DNA of 63,850 nt, counting the filler, from Reclinomonas americana ATCC 50394 (lineage: Eukaryota): the NCBI GenBank assembly GCA_048213135.1. It is 9 parts of 4 records of this genome, joined end to end, with 100 filler letters (N's around TTAATTAATTAA, not from the genome) between each part and the next. Parts side by side here need not be neighbours in the genome. Positions count along the whole stretch, not along the records: positions 1 to 15,957 come from PS015724.1; positions 16,058 to 23,796 come from PS015725.1; positions 23,897 to 28,079 come from PS015726.1; 6 more parts are not named here. The stretch is one strand, 5' to 3'. A program made the translations under genes and the position numbers. The notes below the pieces were generated by a model. That model did not search any database. It saw nothing but the letters and a program-made list of their open reading frames with translations, and was not told where the DNA came from. Positions within the stretch are counted from its first letter, which is position 1. Every line of letters starts with the position of its first letter. Below are positions 12,946-25,793 of this stretch, in pieces.

Positions 12946-15409
12946 ATGGATCTCGAGTCTGTGCTCGATGACAGCACTGCTGGTATGTTTACGACAGTGA
13001 GTGTGTGAGTGTTTTGCTCTGCTGTGCTCACCCTCCGCCGCCAGTTCCACAACTCTTTCGCTGTGCGATTTGCTCGTCGGTCGCCGATGGACCCACTCGC
13101 TGCGGCAATCGGTGCGTCTTCTCTCCTCACTCTCTCTTTCCCTCTCTTCTCTCACGCACGCACACAACACCAGCTGCTCTGGAGTCTTCTGTGAGACCTG
13201 TCTGAAGCGGTGGGCGGCCGAGGTGAGCAACCAACTGGCACACGCCCACTCTCTCTCGTGCGCCCTCTCACCTCACCTCACCTCACCTCACCTCACCTCC
13301 TCGCTGCACAGCGCGAGAGTTGTCCGACTTGTCGTCGTGATCTTGCGCTGCATGACTTGGGGCCAGGTGTGCGCCCGGTGTCTGTCACTGCCTGGACGAA
13401 GCGAGTTGCTAACAAGTTGTGACGCGCAGACCCACTGCTGGTGGAGCTGTTGGATGCGTTTGCCGCGCACTGTCCCTTCGCTGGCTGCCCCTTCAAGGGA
13501 CCACTGGCACAAGTGCGACGGCACATTCGTGGTGTGGCCTCGAGCTCCTCCGCCGACTGCAATCCGTCGTCGGCCTCGTCGCCTCAGGCCTCCTCGCATG
13601 CGTGTCCGTTCGAGCCGGTGGCGTGTCCGCACCGTGATCGAGGCTGTGCGACGCAGATGACGCGTGCAGAGTTGGCCGCCTCGTCGCACGTCGCCGAGTG
13701 TCCGTTCCGGCCGGTGGTGTGCTTGTGCGGCCGCACGCTGTGCTGGCGAGAGGTGGAGGTTGGTATGCAGGTGTTCACAGGCGTAGCTGCTCCGTCTTAA
13801 TTGTTACGCAGGATCATCGAGTGCACGAGTGCCCGGCCGAGTCGATCGAGTGCCAGTACTGCCACGAAAGTGTGCCTCGCGGGAAGCTGGACTCGCATCA
13901 CTCGGACTCGTGCATGGAGAGCCCCGGTGTGTTACTGTGTGGGAGAATAGAGGTTGGCGAGAAAGCTCACGCTGGCGATGCGCAGTGGTGTGCACACACG
14001 CGGAATTCAACTGTCCGTGGCACGGCAAGCGCAAGGACCTCAACGAGCACATCACCACACAGTGCAAGTGTGAGCCGGTGAAGGACGTGCTGCAGTCGAT
14101 GCGCCTGGAGAATCGGTTGCTTTGCAGACGGGTTTCTGAAGTGCGTATTCATTTGCTGGTGGTGGAGTTGTCGTCATGGCGCTGATCATGTGCGTGCCCA
14201 TCGTGCAGCTCGAGGAGAGACTCCGCTTGCTGCAAAGCGGAGTCGTGCAGCGTGCCGCCGAGGTGCGTTCTCATCTCTCCTCCATGTCTCACTCTGTCAC
14301 TCACTCACTCACTGACGCACGATACAGCTCGACGCAGAATGGCAGCAGTGGCCGGTTGGCGGCATTCGCGGGGTGGCGAATCTGCGATCGAGTCGCTACC
14401 TGCAGTACTTGGACTCGCAGCAATCGCCCGCGGCAGCGGCAGCGTCGTCTCTCGCACGGAGCGGAAGCAACAATGGTTCCTGTTGTGTGCATGGTTGCGG
14501 TACGTTGTCGCACAACAACACTCAACTCTCGCGATGCAGGCGGAGGCACCGATTCTGTGCACTCTCGGGTGCAACAACAGCTGCAGCGGCTGGATGAGAT
14601 TTTCGCCGGGCGGCAGGCCTTGCTGGCCGGGTTGGATCTGCTCGATTCATCCACTGGTAGCTCACATGCGGACCTGTACTCTAGTGGCGAACTGGCGGCC
14701 ATTGCCGGGGGCCGGCGATGGCGATCGGCAACTTTTGAAGACGACGACGACGATGACGATGACGACGATGATGGAATTGGTGGTGGTGGTCTTGATATCG
14801 ACGATGGAGATGACGATGACGACGATGACGATGATGATGGCGGCGCTCTTGGTCGGTACGGTGACGGCGACGATGCGGTGTTTGTGAATGAGGAGGGCCA
14901 GCTGAGCGGCAATGTGGAACGCCTCGCTCGCAACCTGTCCTCGTATCACGCACAGAGCAACCGACACAACTTGCTAGATCGCTTGCTGGCTCGCTTGGAC
15001 ACTAGTGGAGCTGGTGGTAGTAGTGGCGGTGGCGGTGCGCGACGCGGTGACGGAGGCGACGACGATGACGACGATGACGATGATGACGATGACGACCGTG
15101 AGGACGGCGAGATCTTGCATCCTCCGCGTCGTGCTGCAGCTCGCCGGACACAGGTGCGTCTGCCACGATGGGCGCGCCAGCTGGCACAACCGGCCGACGA
15201 CGCAGGCAGTCGCGATCCCGTACTGGCTCGCATGCAGAGACGAAACGAGGTGTGTGAGATCTGCAGGTGGCACAGCGTTCAACGAGCTGACTGTGTGTGT
15301 ACGCCTAGCTTTTGCGCAGCATGCTGCGTCAAGAAGACGAGAGATACACTGGCCGATCGCAAGTCAACGCGCCGCTATGATTCGCCGCCATGTTTGGTTG
15401 TCAGTGTAG
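12946..15409 (+). CDS. RING and TRAF-type zinc-finger protein (putative E3 ligase) with an acidic low-complexity tail; 3' end approximate
   Basis: FRCAICSSVADGPTRCGN/CSGVFCETCL…/SCPTCRRDL RING followed by repeated CPF…C…H…C TRAF fingers (CPFEPVACPHRDRGC, HVAECPFRPVVCLC, HECPAESIECQYC). Confidence 0.8.
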
Positions 15410-15499
15410 CAGCAACTCGTATCGTTCACTATTCCCCCCACCTCTTCCTCCCTCTCTCTCTCTCGCTCTCGTTCTCTACGGGTGTGGGATGATCATCGA

Positions 15500-15957
15500 T
15501 TAGCCGGCAACGTACTTGGTCGGCAACTGCACCTGCTTGACACCGCCACTGGTGGTGCTGAGGAGACCGGCATTGGGTATGACATTCCAGTGCAACGACA
15601 GCTTGACATTACGATTCCTGCAGCGCTCCAATGTCAGCACGGGGGAAAAACGAAGAACCCACGACACACACACACACACACGCACCGCAAGTCGCGCCCG
15701 TGATCGACAAACACAAAGCTGTTCTCCTCCTCGTCCATGTCGAGGTCGGCATCCTCGCGGTTCTCCAGCACACGGTTCCACAGGATCAGCTCGCTGCGAA
15801 CCTGCGCACGACAGACAAGTGAGTGCACACGCACAAAGACAGAGGCCAGGCGAGGCAAGACGCAACATGATCGGCGGTGACATACTCGGCCTTGAGGTAG
15901 GTGTAAATGACCTTGACATTCCAGTTCCACAGTGGTCGCAAGTCGGCCTTGATGGCG
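15500..15957 (-). CDS. SPCS3: Signal peptidase complex subunit 3 (SPC22/23), 3' exons; 5' part lost in a gap
   Basis: IKADLRPLWNWNVKVIYTYLKAEYVT…ELILWNRVL…FVDHGRDL…NVKLSLHWNVIPNAGLL…QLPTKY matches the SPC22 family pattern. Confidence 0.85.
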
Positions 15958-16001
15958 NNNNNNNNNNNNNNNNNNNNNNNNNNNNNNNNNNNNNNNNNNN
16001 N

Positions 16002-16013
16002 TTAATTAATTAA
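16002..16013. other. Artificial six-frame-stop scaffold linker TTAATTAATTAA (also near 23841, 28124, 33826, 43487, 51150, 57334 and 61151)
   Basis: The identical 12-mer always sits in the middle of N runs. Confidence 0.95.
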
Positions 16014-16069
16014 NNNNNNNNNNNNNNNNNNNNNNNNNNNNNNNNNNNNNNNNNNNNCCCCTTGCCGAC

Positions 16070-18327
16070 ACTCACTCCTTCCTCCAGAGGCATACTCGAA
16101 CGCCAAGATTACTCGCGTCCACCTCTACCCCCAACAACTCGGCGTGTCTTCTCTCGGGCACTTCCGCATCATTGAGGCGCCGGCGGTGCCAGTGTGGGAG
16201 CGACTCGCCGAGTGGATGAGATCGGGGATTCTTCGCGAGCTTCCTCCCGTCGCACCACCACAGCTGCGAGCCAAGCTGTAAAGAGTACAAGCTCACACAC
16301 ACATGCAAGGTTTAGGAGGGGACTGCGACACACGGTTCATTGAGTTCGCGCGCCGCTTATGATAATTTTTCGCTATGCGTAGCGTCATTGCGCCTGATAC
16401 GTGAGTGTGATGTGGTACTCCGTGGTTGGTGCGGCCCCAGGTGCAGCTGCGGGTACCGCCACTTGTTGATGTGACTGGTATCGACCTGCATGCATGCAAT
16501 GATGAGTGAATAATGATCACTTCCACCCAGCAGCATCAACAGCAATAGTGCACACGAACCATAGATGAACCTGGGCTGTGCTTCGACGGTCAATAGTAAC
16601 GCGGCATTCAGAGACGCCTGCGATGACACGGCACCATGTGAGACGCAAGCACACGCTGCTGCAGCAACTGCCATCATCCCAGCTCATCAGACCTGGGCCA
16701 AAAAGTACGGGAATCTCTTCCATTGACCATTGAGCTTGGTGTACAGCCGATACCGACCCTCGTCCAACTTGAAGAACAGGTCGTTGGCTCGGCCGTGCGT
16801 GGCGATTCTGTGCAGAACAATTCAGGTACTGCATCGCAGACGCCCAGTACGCGAAGTCGATTGTGCCGCAACTTCTCAATCGTATCATGCTGGTCCATGT
16901 TGACCCAGTTATCCTTGGAGTTTTTCGTGAAGAGAGGAGTTGGTCTTCTGTGCAGCGCACTTGCACGTCAGCCGTGCGCGTGAGCGTCGACAACCACGAC
17001 ATGGACGCAACGGTGGCTGTGGAGGCTGGTGCCGACGTGGAGAAGGGTCCCGGCGTTGCGGCGACCGCGATCGCGAGCGACGACGTCGGATGAACTCGCC
17101 GTCCTCAAAATCGTCGTCGTCGGAACCACTGCCAGCGTCCCGACCACGGCCTTGTCGGCCAGCACCACCACCGCCGCCGCGGCCACCAGCACCACCGCCG
17201 CCACCGCGGCCACCAGCACCAAGACCACCACCGCCGGCACCACCGACACCCGGTGCAGCCGCACCGGCATCACGAACTGGTGCTGGGTTGTCAAACAGAC
17301 CACGGCCACCAACACCACCACCGCCACCACCAGCAACAACACCACCACCGCCACCAGCAACACCGCCAGCTTGCAGAGGTGCCGCAGCGGGACGAGCGGG
17401 TGCCACTGCGGGCCGCAGGATGAGATGCATGCGAGTGAACACGTATTGCCTCTGCGGAGACGAAAGAGGTGTGAGACGCTGGCAACGACAGTGATCGACA
17501 ATGACCGCACCTGCAAGCCTGCATTATACAACGCAGCGACGGCATCCGCTGAGCGCGCGGGCTCAACATTGTGGAATTGTTGCATGAGGATGTGGAGCTC
17601 GTCGTCTGCGTGCGTCAACGACACACACGAGTGAACAATAGCGAAACACAGGCAGACACAAGTGAGAGAGAGAGAGAGAAGAACGCACCGCAAAAGCCAG
17701 CACGCATGTACAGCTCGACCCAAAACGTCTCGCGCCTCGTCTCGTTGCGCAAGTACTCGGCGTGCGTCCGCAGTGCACCGGCCACTGATGACAATGATGA
17801 AGAAATGTCAATCATCACATGCTGTCAGACAGACGGCATTCCCACCCCCCTCTCTCTCTGCTTGCATGTGAGTGTGTGTGTGCACGAGTACACAACAGGT
17901 GACAACGCACATAGAGAGAGTGTGTGCGCGTGTAACGCAACAAAAGGGCTCCACCGGAATCATACTAGGACACTGTTTCACGCGCGCCGACTCCTCCGCC
18001 AACATGTACTACCACACACACAAAGCAGATAAGCACCTTCTCTCCACAAAGAACAAGAGCGGCGCCTCAAGCACAAACCATGAGCTCAACGCGGTCACGG
18101 AACTGTTCTACTCACACACCCGCTCATAGCATGTCAGTGCGTTCAACCTCCAGTGCCAACACACACATGCACACAGAGAACGCACCCAGTGTCGGTGCTG
18201 CAGCAGCGGCAGGCGCAGGGCCAGCCATGCCTCCTCCTCCTCCAAACCGAGGAGCCCCCGGTGGGTACTGCGCGTGCTGCTGCGGTGGCGGCTGCGGCTG
18301 TCCATAGGCGTATGGTGGTCGGTTCAT
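16070..18327 (-). CDS. Uncharacterised multi-exon protein with Pro/Gly-rich and RS-rich segments
   Basis: MNRPPYAYGQPQPPPQQ… start, in-frame spliced exons (IPVEPF/LAGALRTHAEYLRNETRRETFWVELY) and a Gly-rich plus RSRSRSP stretch. The 3' exons are unresolved. Confidence 0.4.
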
Positions 18328-18489
18328 TGAGAGAACAGAGTGTGTGTGGCGTGCGCGCGTGCGAGGGGACGAGGAAAGATGACAAGGCCTGTCAGTTCCT
18401 GCCGGGTTTGGTTGGAATCCGGCAGCTGGCTTGTTTGTGTTGTTTGTGGGAGAGAGGAGAGAGAAGTGGAGAGAATCTCAACTTTTGCG

Positions 18490-20497
18490 ATGGTGTGGTA
18501 CGACAGGCTGCTGGAGTCCAACGTGCTGCCGGACTGGTCAGTGCTACACGACATGCATGCTGCTTGTTTTGCGCGCGCGCTGCGACATGGCCTACTGATT
18601 GCCACCTCTCTCTCCCTCCCTCTCCCTCTCCCTCTCTCGCTTGCCGTCCGTTCGCGATGCAGGCTGTTGCGCATTGGCATTCGTCGACTGCTGCGCTCTC
18701 GTCTGCAGGAGATTGCATCGCCGACGGCGGAGTTGCATCATGAGCGACTGCGACAGTACCTGACACGTTTGCGACGCGAGGACTGCATTGCGCTGGCCAC
18801 GGATGAGGCCAACCAACAGCACTATGAAGTGTTGCGTGAACGGCGAGGGAGGGGGAGGGGGAGTGAGGTGTGAGAAGTCTGCTGCTGCAGCACCAGCAAT
18901 GCGAGAGTTTTTCGGGGGCGGAAACTCCGCTCGGCAGCGAGCAGTAGTCATGGCGCATGATACACTCTAGCAGAGTCCCTCTTTCTGTCAGTGAGTGCAT
19001 GTGCGTGTCTCTCTCTCTCCCTCCTTGTGATTCTCTCTGTGACGGTGACGCGGTGAGATTCGTCTAATGCGTTGTTCACCAGCGGAGTTTTCACCGTCGC
19101 AAGCATCTTTTGCGCTGACGACCAGTGCTGCAGTCACCCCATCTCCGTGAGCTAGGCAAGATGTTTGTTTGAGTGCTTATGCTTTTGACTCTCTCCCCAC
19201 TCTCCCACCTGATATCGTTCTTTTTCGCTTTGTACAAGTTCTCACGTTCTCGTTCGCCACACTCCTTTGGTCTCGTCATGATCACTTCTCTGCTCTGCAG
19301 TTGTCAATTATCACCCATGCTCTCGCCCTCTCCCTCCTACTCTCTCTTCTGATCTCGCTCTTTTTCGCGTTGTACAAAGTTCTCACGTTCGCTCAGACGA
19401 ACTTCGTGTTCTCTGCAGCTTTTGAATCTCACTCATGATCACGCCCTCCCTTTCCTCTCGCAGACCCACCGAGTTCTTCCACTTGTCTCTCGGGGCGCGG
19501 AAAAAGTATTCGTCCTGCTACTGGCCCGACGGCTGTCGCACGCTGGAGGATGCCGAGACGCACTGCTTGGAGTTGTACGTCGATCGTGCACAGCTGCACG
19601 ATGGACAGGATGTGCTCGATCTCGGCTGCGGGTTGCGTAGCCAAATCATAAAAGTGCTGCCTCTGCGACCGCAGCGATCGCTTACCGATCAATGCAGGTG
19701 GGGCTCGTTTACCCTGTTCGCCGCCCAGCGATTCCCCAACTCGCGCATCACCGCCGTCTCCAACTCGTCGACGCAGCGCGAGTACATTGAGAGCGAGTGC
19801 CGCCGTCTGGCGCTGAAAAACGTCACAGTCATCACGTGCGACATTAACCGGCTGGCGCTGCCGGCGGCATCCTTCGACCGAGTGGTCTCTGTGGAGATGC
19901 TCGAGCACGTGAAGAACTACGAGGCCGTGATGCGTCGCATTTCGTCGTGGATACGCGACGACGGCCTCCTCTTTGTGCACGTCTTTTGTCACAAGGATAC
20001 GCCGTATGATTTCGAGGACGGGTGGATGGCCGAGCATTTCTTCACCGGCGGCACCATGCCGTCGGCACAACTGTTTCACTACTTTCAGGAGAATGTGGTG
20101 CTGGTGGATCAGGTGTGAAAGGAAAGGGGAAAAGGGGGAAAGGGGGTGATTTGTTGACTGACCTGCCTGCAGTGGTTGATGAACGGCGAGCACTACGGCA
20201 AGACGTGCGAGGCGTGGCTGGAGCGCATGGATATGCACGAAACTCGCATCCGCGATCTGTTTGCGGAGACGTACGGAGCAGGGGAGGAGACCAAGTGGAT
20301 CGTTCGCTGGTGAGAGTGGGGAGTGCATGAATTGTTCACACAACACGAGCTCTCACCTCTCTGGCTCACCGCGCAGGCGCTTGTTCTACATGGCGTGTGC
20401 GGAGCTCTTCAACTACGATGGTGGAAACGAGTGGTTCGTTTCGCACTACTTGTTCAAGAAGCGCGCAAGTCCACCGCCAGCCGCTGTGGTTATGTGA
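18490..20497 (+). CDS. SAM-dependent methyltransferase, cyclopropane-fatty-acid synthase / coclaurine N-methyltransferase-like family
   Basis: [35 protein letters not shown]…VLDLGCG/WGS…[14 protein letters not shown]…[16 protein letters not shown]…FFTGGTMPS…[26 protein letters not shown]. Confidence 0.92.
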
Positions 20498-20647
20498 TCC
20501 GCCAGTGACACGGATCCATGTTAGAGGAGGCGAGTGAATCTGTATTGCTGAAAGACATGCACAATCGGTAGGTTTGGCCACGAGAAGGCAACGTGCATTG
20601 ATGCTTAGAGATGACACAGAAAGAGAGAAAAGGGGAGGAGAAATGTC

Positions 20648-23271
20648 TCATGAAATGGACTGGCGCACGTAGCGCTCCAGAGCTGCGTGCGACAGAGAGG
20701 AGAGTGAGGCGACGCTGCAGTACAGGCTGCAGAGAAGAAAATCACGCACAAACCATGCAGGTTGTCGAGCACAGATGTGCGGAATGACTTGGTGCCCACC
20801 AGCCACCTGTCGTGAGAGTGAGTAAGCAAACAAGCACAAAGGCGTGCACTCGGCAACAACGAAACTTGGGAATCGACCCCGCAATGTCCACTGCGCAACA
20901 ACAAAATAGAAAGACAAGTTGAGTTTCTGAACGCTAAATGTGCCGCATTTTGTGCCACGGCAAACCTTGCGTGCCGTAAAACACGCGACAGCCCTTCGCC
21001 GTCGGCTCGACCATGGTGAAGCTGACGTGCACGACACCACGGACAGCCTTGGAGTCGCCGGGTACGTCACTGGTGGCGACGGGAAGTGTGAGGAGTCATG
21101 CGGGAAGCAAGAGAAACAAGTAACACAAACCCGTCGTACGGCCGGCCAAACCACACGAGACTCTCATCGGCCGGCAGCTTCAGATCGCTGGGTGGCGGAC
21201 CCACATACCGGCGAGTGACAAACTCGCGGCCCGACACAATGCCGCCGCCAGCGGGCTTGGACTGTGGAAACGTGAGAAAGAGTGCGAGGAAAACATCAAC
21301 ATCAAACATTGCACGCACCCGTCGGTACATGACGTCGACATGCCCGCTGGAGCCGTCGGCAAACGGCTGCGGAGGCAGCACCACACGCGACTCATCCAGT
21401 CTGCACACGTGTCAGCACATACACACACACTCTACATGCAACCACCGCGCACCGCTCATCCCACACGTCGTCGTCGACGCGGCTAATCACCTGCACCGAC
21501 AACCAAGAAGAGTGAGGACAGGCACAGCGGTGTACGGCAATGATGGAAGAGAGGACAATGACCTCCTTTGCAGGCACACCCTCCCACTCGACCACGCCCA
21601 TGACCAGCGGGAACGACTGGCCACCGTGCGAATCGCGCACAAACGTGCGCTGTCGCCCGTGCTCCTTGTTGGTGTCGTCGGTCCACGCGCGATTGCCGGC
21701 CACCAGTGCCTCGTGTGCGAGACGCACGAACTCTACCGAGGATAAGGAGAGGGTGGGGGTGAGTGGGGAAGCGAAGGAGGAGAAGAAGAAGGAGCATGAA
21801 GAGAAGGGGCAGTAGATGCGATGAGTGAGAATGCGTCAGTCTCAAGAAGCGAAGAGAACAGCATCAGAAGTGGAGCACAAGGCAACAGAGGAGATCGGAG
21901 AAGGTCGACAGAGAGTGCCTGAGCGAAAGATCACGGAAAAAAGATGCGATAGGGCAGTAAAGCGATGGAGAATGCAAACGCATCCTTCACGAGAAGCGAA
22001 GACAACAGGCATCAGAAGTGGAGCAAAAGGCAACAGCAGAGAAGGTGGATAGAGAGTGCCTGAGCGAAAGATCACGGAAGAAGAGAAGATGCTGCGAAGA
22101 CAATGAAGATGAGAAGGAATTAGAATACATCCTTCACGAGAAACGAAGAGAACAGCATCAGGAGTGGAGCAAAAAGCACAGAGAAGGTCGATGGAGAGAG
22201 TGCCTGAGCGAAAGATCACGGAAGAAAGATGCGCAAAGACAAATGAAGCGATGGCGAGGAGTTAGAATACATCCTACGAGAAGCGAAGAGAACAGGCATC
22301 AGAAGTGGAACAAGAGAAGGTCGACAGAGAGCGCCTGAGCGAAACGATCACGGAAGAAAGATGCGATAGGGCAATGAAGCGATGGGGAATGCGAATGCGC
22401 CAGTCTCGAGAAGCGAAGAGAACAGGCATCAGAGAAGTGGAGCAGGAGGCACCGACAGAGGAGTGCCTGAGCGAAACGATCACGGAAGAAAGATGCGATA
22501 GGGCAATGAAGCGATGGGGAATGCGAATGCGCCAGTCTCGAGAAGCGAAGAGAACAGCATCAGCAGGGGAGCAAAAGGCAACAGAGAAGGAGTGCCTGAG
22601 CGAAACGATCACGGAAGAAAGATGCAGCGATAGCGATGGATAACGCAAATGGGCCAGTCTCGAGAAGCGAAGAGAACAGCATCAGAAGGGGAGCAAAAAG
22701 CACAGAGAAGGTCGATAGTGAGTGCCTGAGCGAAACGATCAAGAAAGAAAGATGCGCAGCGACAGGGCAATGAAGCGATGGAGAACGCGAATGCGCCAGT
22801 CTCGAGAAACCAAGACAACAGGCATCAGAAGTGGAGCAAAAGGTAACAGCAGAGAAGGTCGATGAGAGAGTGCCTGAGCGAAAGATCACGGAAGAAAGAT
22901 GCGATAGGGCAATGAAGCGATGGGGAATGCAAATGCGCCAATCTCGAGAAGCGAAGAGAACAGCACCAGAAGTGGAGCAAAAGGCAACAGAGAAGGAGTG
23001 CCTGAGCGAAAGATCACGAAGAAAGATGCGACAGGGCAATGAAGTGAGGAGTGAGAATGCATCAGTCTCGAGAAGCGAAGAGAACAGCACCAGAAGTGGA
23101 GCAAAAAGGCAACAGAAGGCGATACGCGGCAGATGATGACATCGCAAGCACACAAACGCATGACACAACGATGATGATGATGATGACAAGCTCACCAAAG
23201 GCCTCCTCACGCAGCTCCTCCTGCCACACAGGAGCGTCCACATCGCCACCAGCACCGCTTCCACTCGCCAT
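20648..23271 (-). CDS. START/SRPBCC lipid-binding domain protein
   Basis: Exon 1 MASGSGAGG…EEAF joins in frame to EFVRLAHEAL…; IVSGREFVTRR…; VPGDSKAVRGVVHVSFTMVEPTAKGCRVFYGTQ/VDIAGSIPK/WLV… resembles the START C-terminus. Confidence 0.7.
21810..23120. repeat. Intronic minisatellite, about 9-10 diverged copies of a 125-145 bp unit
   Basis: The core gagtgcctgagcgaaa(g/c)gatcacggaagaaagatgcg…gtctcgagaagcgaagagaacag recurs near 21912, 22054, 22198, 22329, 22461, 22590, 22720, 22868 and 22996, inside intron 1 of the START gene. Confidence 0.92.
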
Positions 23272-24022
23272 TGTGACAAGATAAGAATCGCACCTCGTCG
23301 ATCGACTGACTGACAGACGAACATCTAATCGACTTGTGACAGCGATGAGCACATCAACACGACCAGAGGAGGACGCGGGTGAGCTGCTGGCTGGTGACGA
23401 TGAGGTGAGCGACGCGCGTGTGCTTTTTTGTCTTCTCGTGTGTGCGCTCACTCAAGCGTGTGTCTGTGTGTGTGTGTGTGAGTAGTTTGAGGAGTTTGAG
23501 GAGGAAGGTGAGCGCGCGCCTCTGCGTGTGTGTGTGCAAGTGTGTGTGTGTGTGTGAGGACATGTCAAGTTGGTTTACTCTTCTGTGTGTGTATTTGTTA
23601 GTGTGGGCTGCGGAGGATGAGGATGTGGCGGACTTGGGCTTGTGGGAGGAAGACTGGGAGGACGGCGGTGAGTGAGTGAGTGAGTTGATGATGATGATGA
23701 TTGATTTTGGCGCGCGCATTTTTGTCTTTGTGAGAGTCTCTGTCTCTCTCAGTACTTGTCGTCCATCACTCTTGCTCTTGCTCTCTCACAGCGTTGNNNN
23801 NNNNNNNNNNNNNNNNNNNNNNNNNNNNNNNNNNNNNNNNTTAATTAATTAANNNNNNNNNNNNNNNNNNNNNNNNNNNNNNNNNNNNNNNNNNNNAAGG
23901 GAACCGACTAGCCACGGAGGCAGTGGAAGGACGGTTGGTTCGATTCTTGTCTGTACCGTACCTACTACCGCCCTTCGGTCCGGTACCGACGCAGTCCTCC
24001 GTTCCCTTCCCGTTCCCCTCCC

Positions 24023-24069
<47 letters not shown>

Positions 24070-24078
<9 letters not shown>

Positions 24079-24540
24079 CCACACACAGTGACTCAAGCGA
24101 GCGAACAAACAGGGAAAGGTCCACAAACGCACACTGTCTCCTGCCTCGCCTCTTGCCCTCCTTCTCTTGCCCTCCTTGTCTTCCCTCCTTCTCTCTCTCC
24201 TCCTCTCTGTCTCTCTTCTCTCTCTTTTCTCTCTCACACACACTCAACGCGAGACCGCGACACAACGATCCAAACAAGCGAACACAAAGAGGGAAAGGAC
24301 CACAAACGAACACCGTCTCTTCCCGTCTTGCCCTCCTTCCCCTTCTCCCATCCCTCCTTCACCTCCTTCTCTCTCTCTCACCCACCCACCCACACACACC
24401 CACCCACCTACCCACCCACACACAGTGACTCGAGCGAGCGAACAAACAGGGAAAGGACCACAAACGCACACCGTCTCTTGTCACCTCTTGCCCTCCTTCT
24501 CCTTCTCCTTCCTCATCCCCCCTTCTCCCATCCCTCCATC
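24070..24540. repeat. Degenerate tandem repeat, about 3 copies with a period near 170 bp, plus CT/CA microsatellites
   Basis: gcgaacaaacagggaaagg(t/a)ccacaaacgcacac(t/c)gtctc occurs near 24100 and 24437, with a diverged copy near 24278. Confidence 0.7.
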
Positions 24541-24992
24541 CCCTCCTTCTCATTCCTTCTCCCTCTCACGCAACTCGTCTGCGGTCTCCGCCCTCTCGCA
24601 GTCGCCGACTGCTGCTGCTGCTGCTGCTGCTCCCCATCTCCCTCCATCCACGCATGCTGAAGAATGCCAGCCACCAATGGCGCGCGTCGTCCAGTCCGCG
24701 GATCCTCAACTAACACCTGACGATACTCGTTGCGCACGGCCGCGTGAGACGGATCCGATTCCTAAGATAAGTGTGTGAAAAATAACGATCACTCGACATT
24801 CAATGACACTTTCTCAATCATCTGCTCCTCTCTGTGTGTCTCTCTCTCACACACACACTCTCTCTCTCTTTTACACACATACACATGACTACTCTTGTGC
24901 GTGTGTGTGCACGTAGCTGACAGAACACACAGATGCGTCTCTCTCAGACACTCTCCCTCTCTCGCTCACACACTCACACACACTCGCCCTCC

Positions 24993-25030
<38 letters not shown>

Positions 25031-25447
25031 TCTCTCCCTCTCTGAGGCACACACATACGCGTCATCTCTCTCTCTCTCTCTGTCTCTCTCTCTCTCTTCT
25101 GTGTGTCTCATGCGCAACGAGAACAGCGGCGTGTTTGGTGGCATACAATGACTCGGCTTCCGCCCTTTGCCGAGACCGTTGTGTCGCCACGAAGGCCATG
25201 CGAACTGTAAATGTTGGCTGGCGTTTTTTTTGGTGCACCGTCTACATAACTGCAAAACAAGAAAGTGCCGCTGTAACAATCAACAACAAATATTCATTCA
25301 CCAACGAACAAACAAGCAACAGCTGTCTTGATGACCAAGTTCAACCATGCAGCAGCAGGTTTCTTGTGTGTGAGTGTAACAACAACGAATTCGAACATTC
25401 ACCAACATGTGCACAACGAAACACTTCATTCACCACATTCCAATAAT

Positions 25448-25715
25448 GCGACAAACAAGCAACAGCTGTCTTGATGACCAAGTTCAACCGTATCTAAAAC
25501 ATCAACACAGACACCAATCTTGAGACAGCAGCAGGTTCCTTGTGGGTGTGTGTTCGCTCTCGGAGCTCCGAACAAGTCGAGAACTGCGATCTTCACCGCA
25601 TAAGCGTGGTTGAACAGTGGATTTGACGCACTTGCATAGACGCTTGGCGTTTCTGCGATCGTACTCGGCACATCGAATTCGGGAAAAGGCCATAGCCAGG
25701 AGCAGTGGAAGCGTT
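25448..25715. repeat. Dispersed repeat copy A (homologous to 42486-42780)
   Basis: Colinear shared blocks cagctgtcttgatg, aaaacatcaacaca, cagcagcaggttcctt, gtgtgtgttcgctctcggag, ggatttgacgcacttgcata, cggcacatcgaattcggg. Confidence 0.85.
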
Positions 25716-25793
25716 GTCATTGATGGTGAGGTTGAGCACAGGAAAGCTTGTCGTGTTGCGCTACGACTCTCCACTTCATTACCCACCGCCACC

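Noticed and set aside
21810..23120. Regular repeats that could be read as a CRISPR array or a repeat protein
   Set aside because: Whole units are homologous with no unique spacers, no cas genes are present, frames break repeatedly, and the array lies in an intron.
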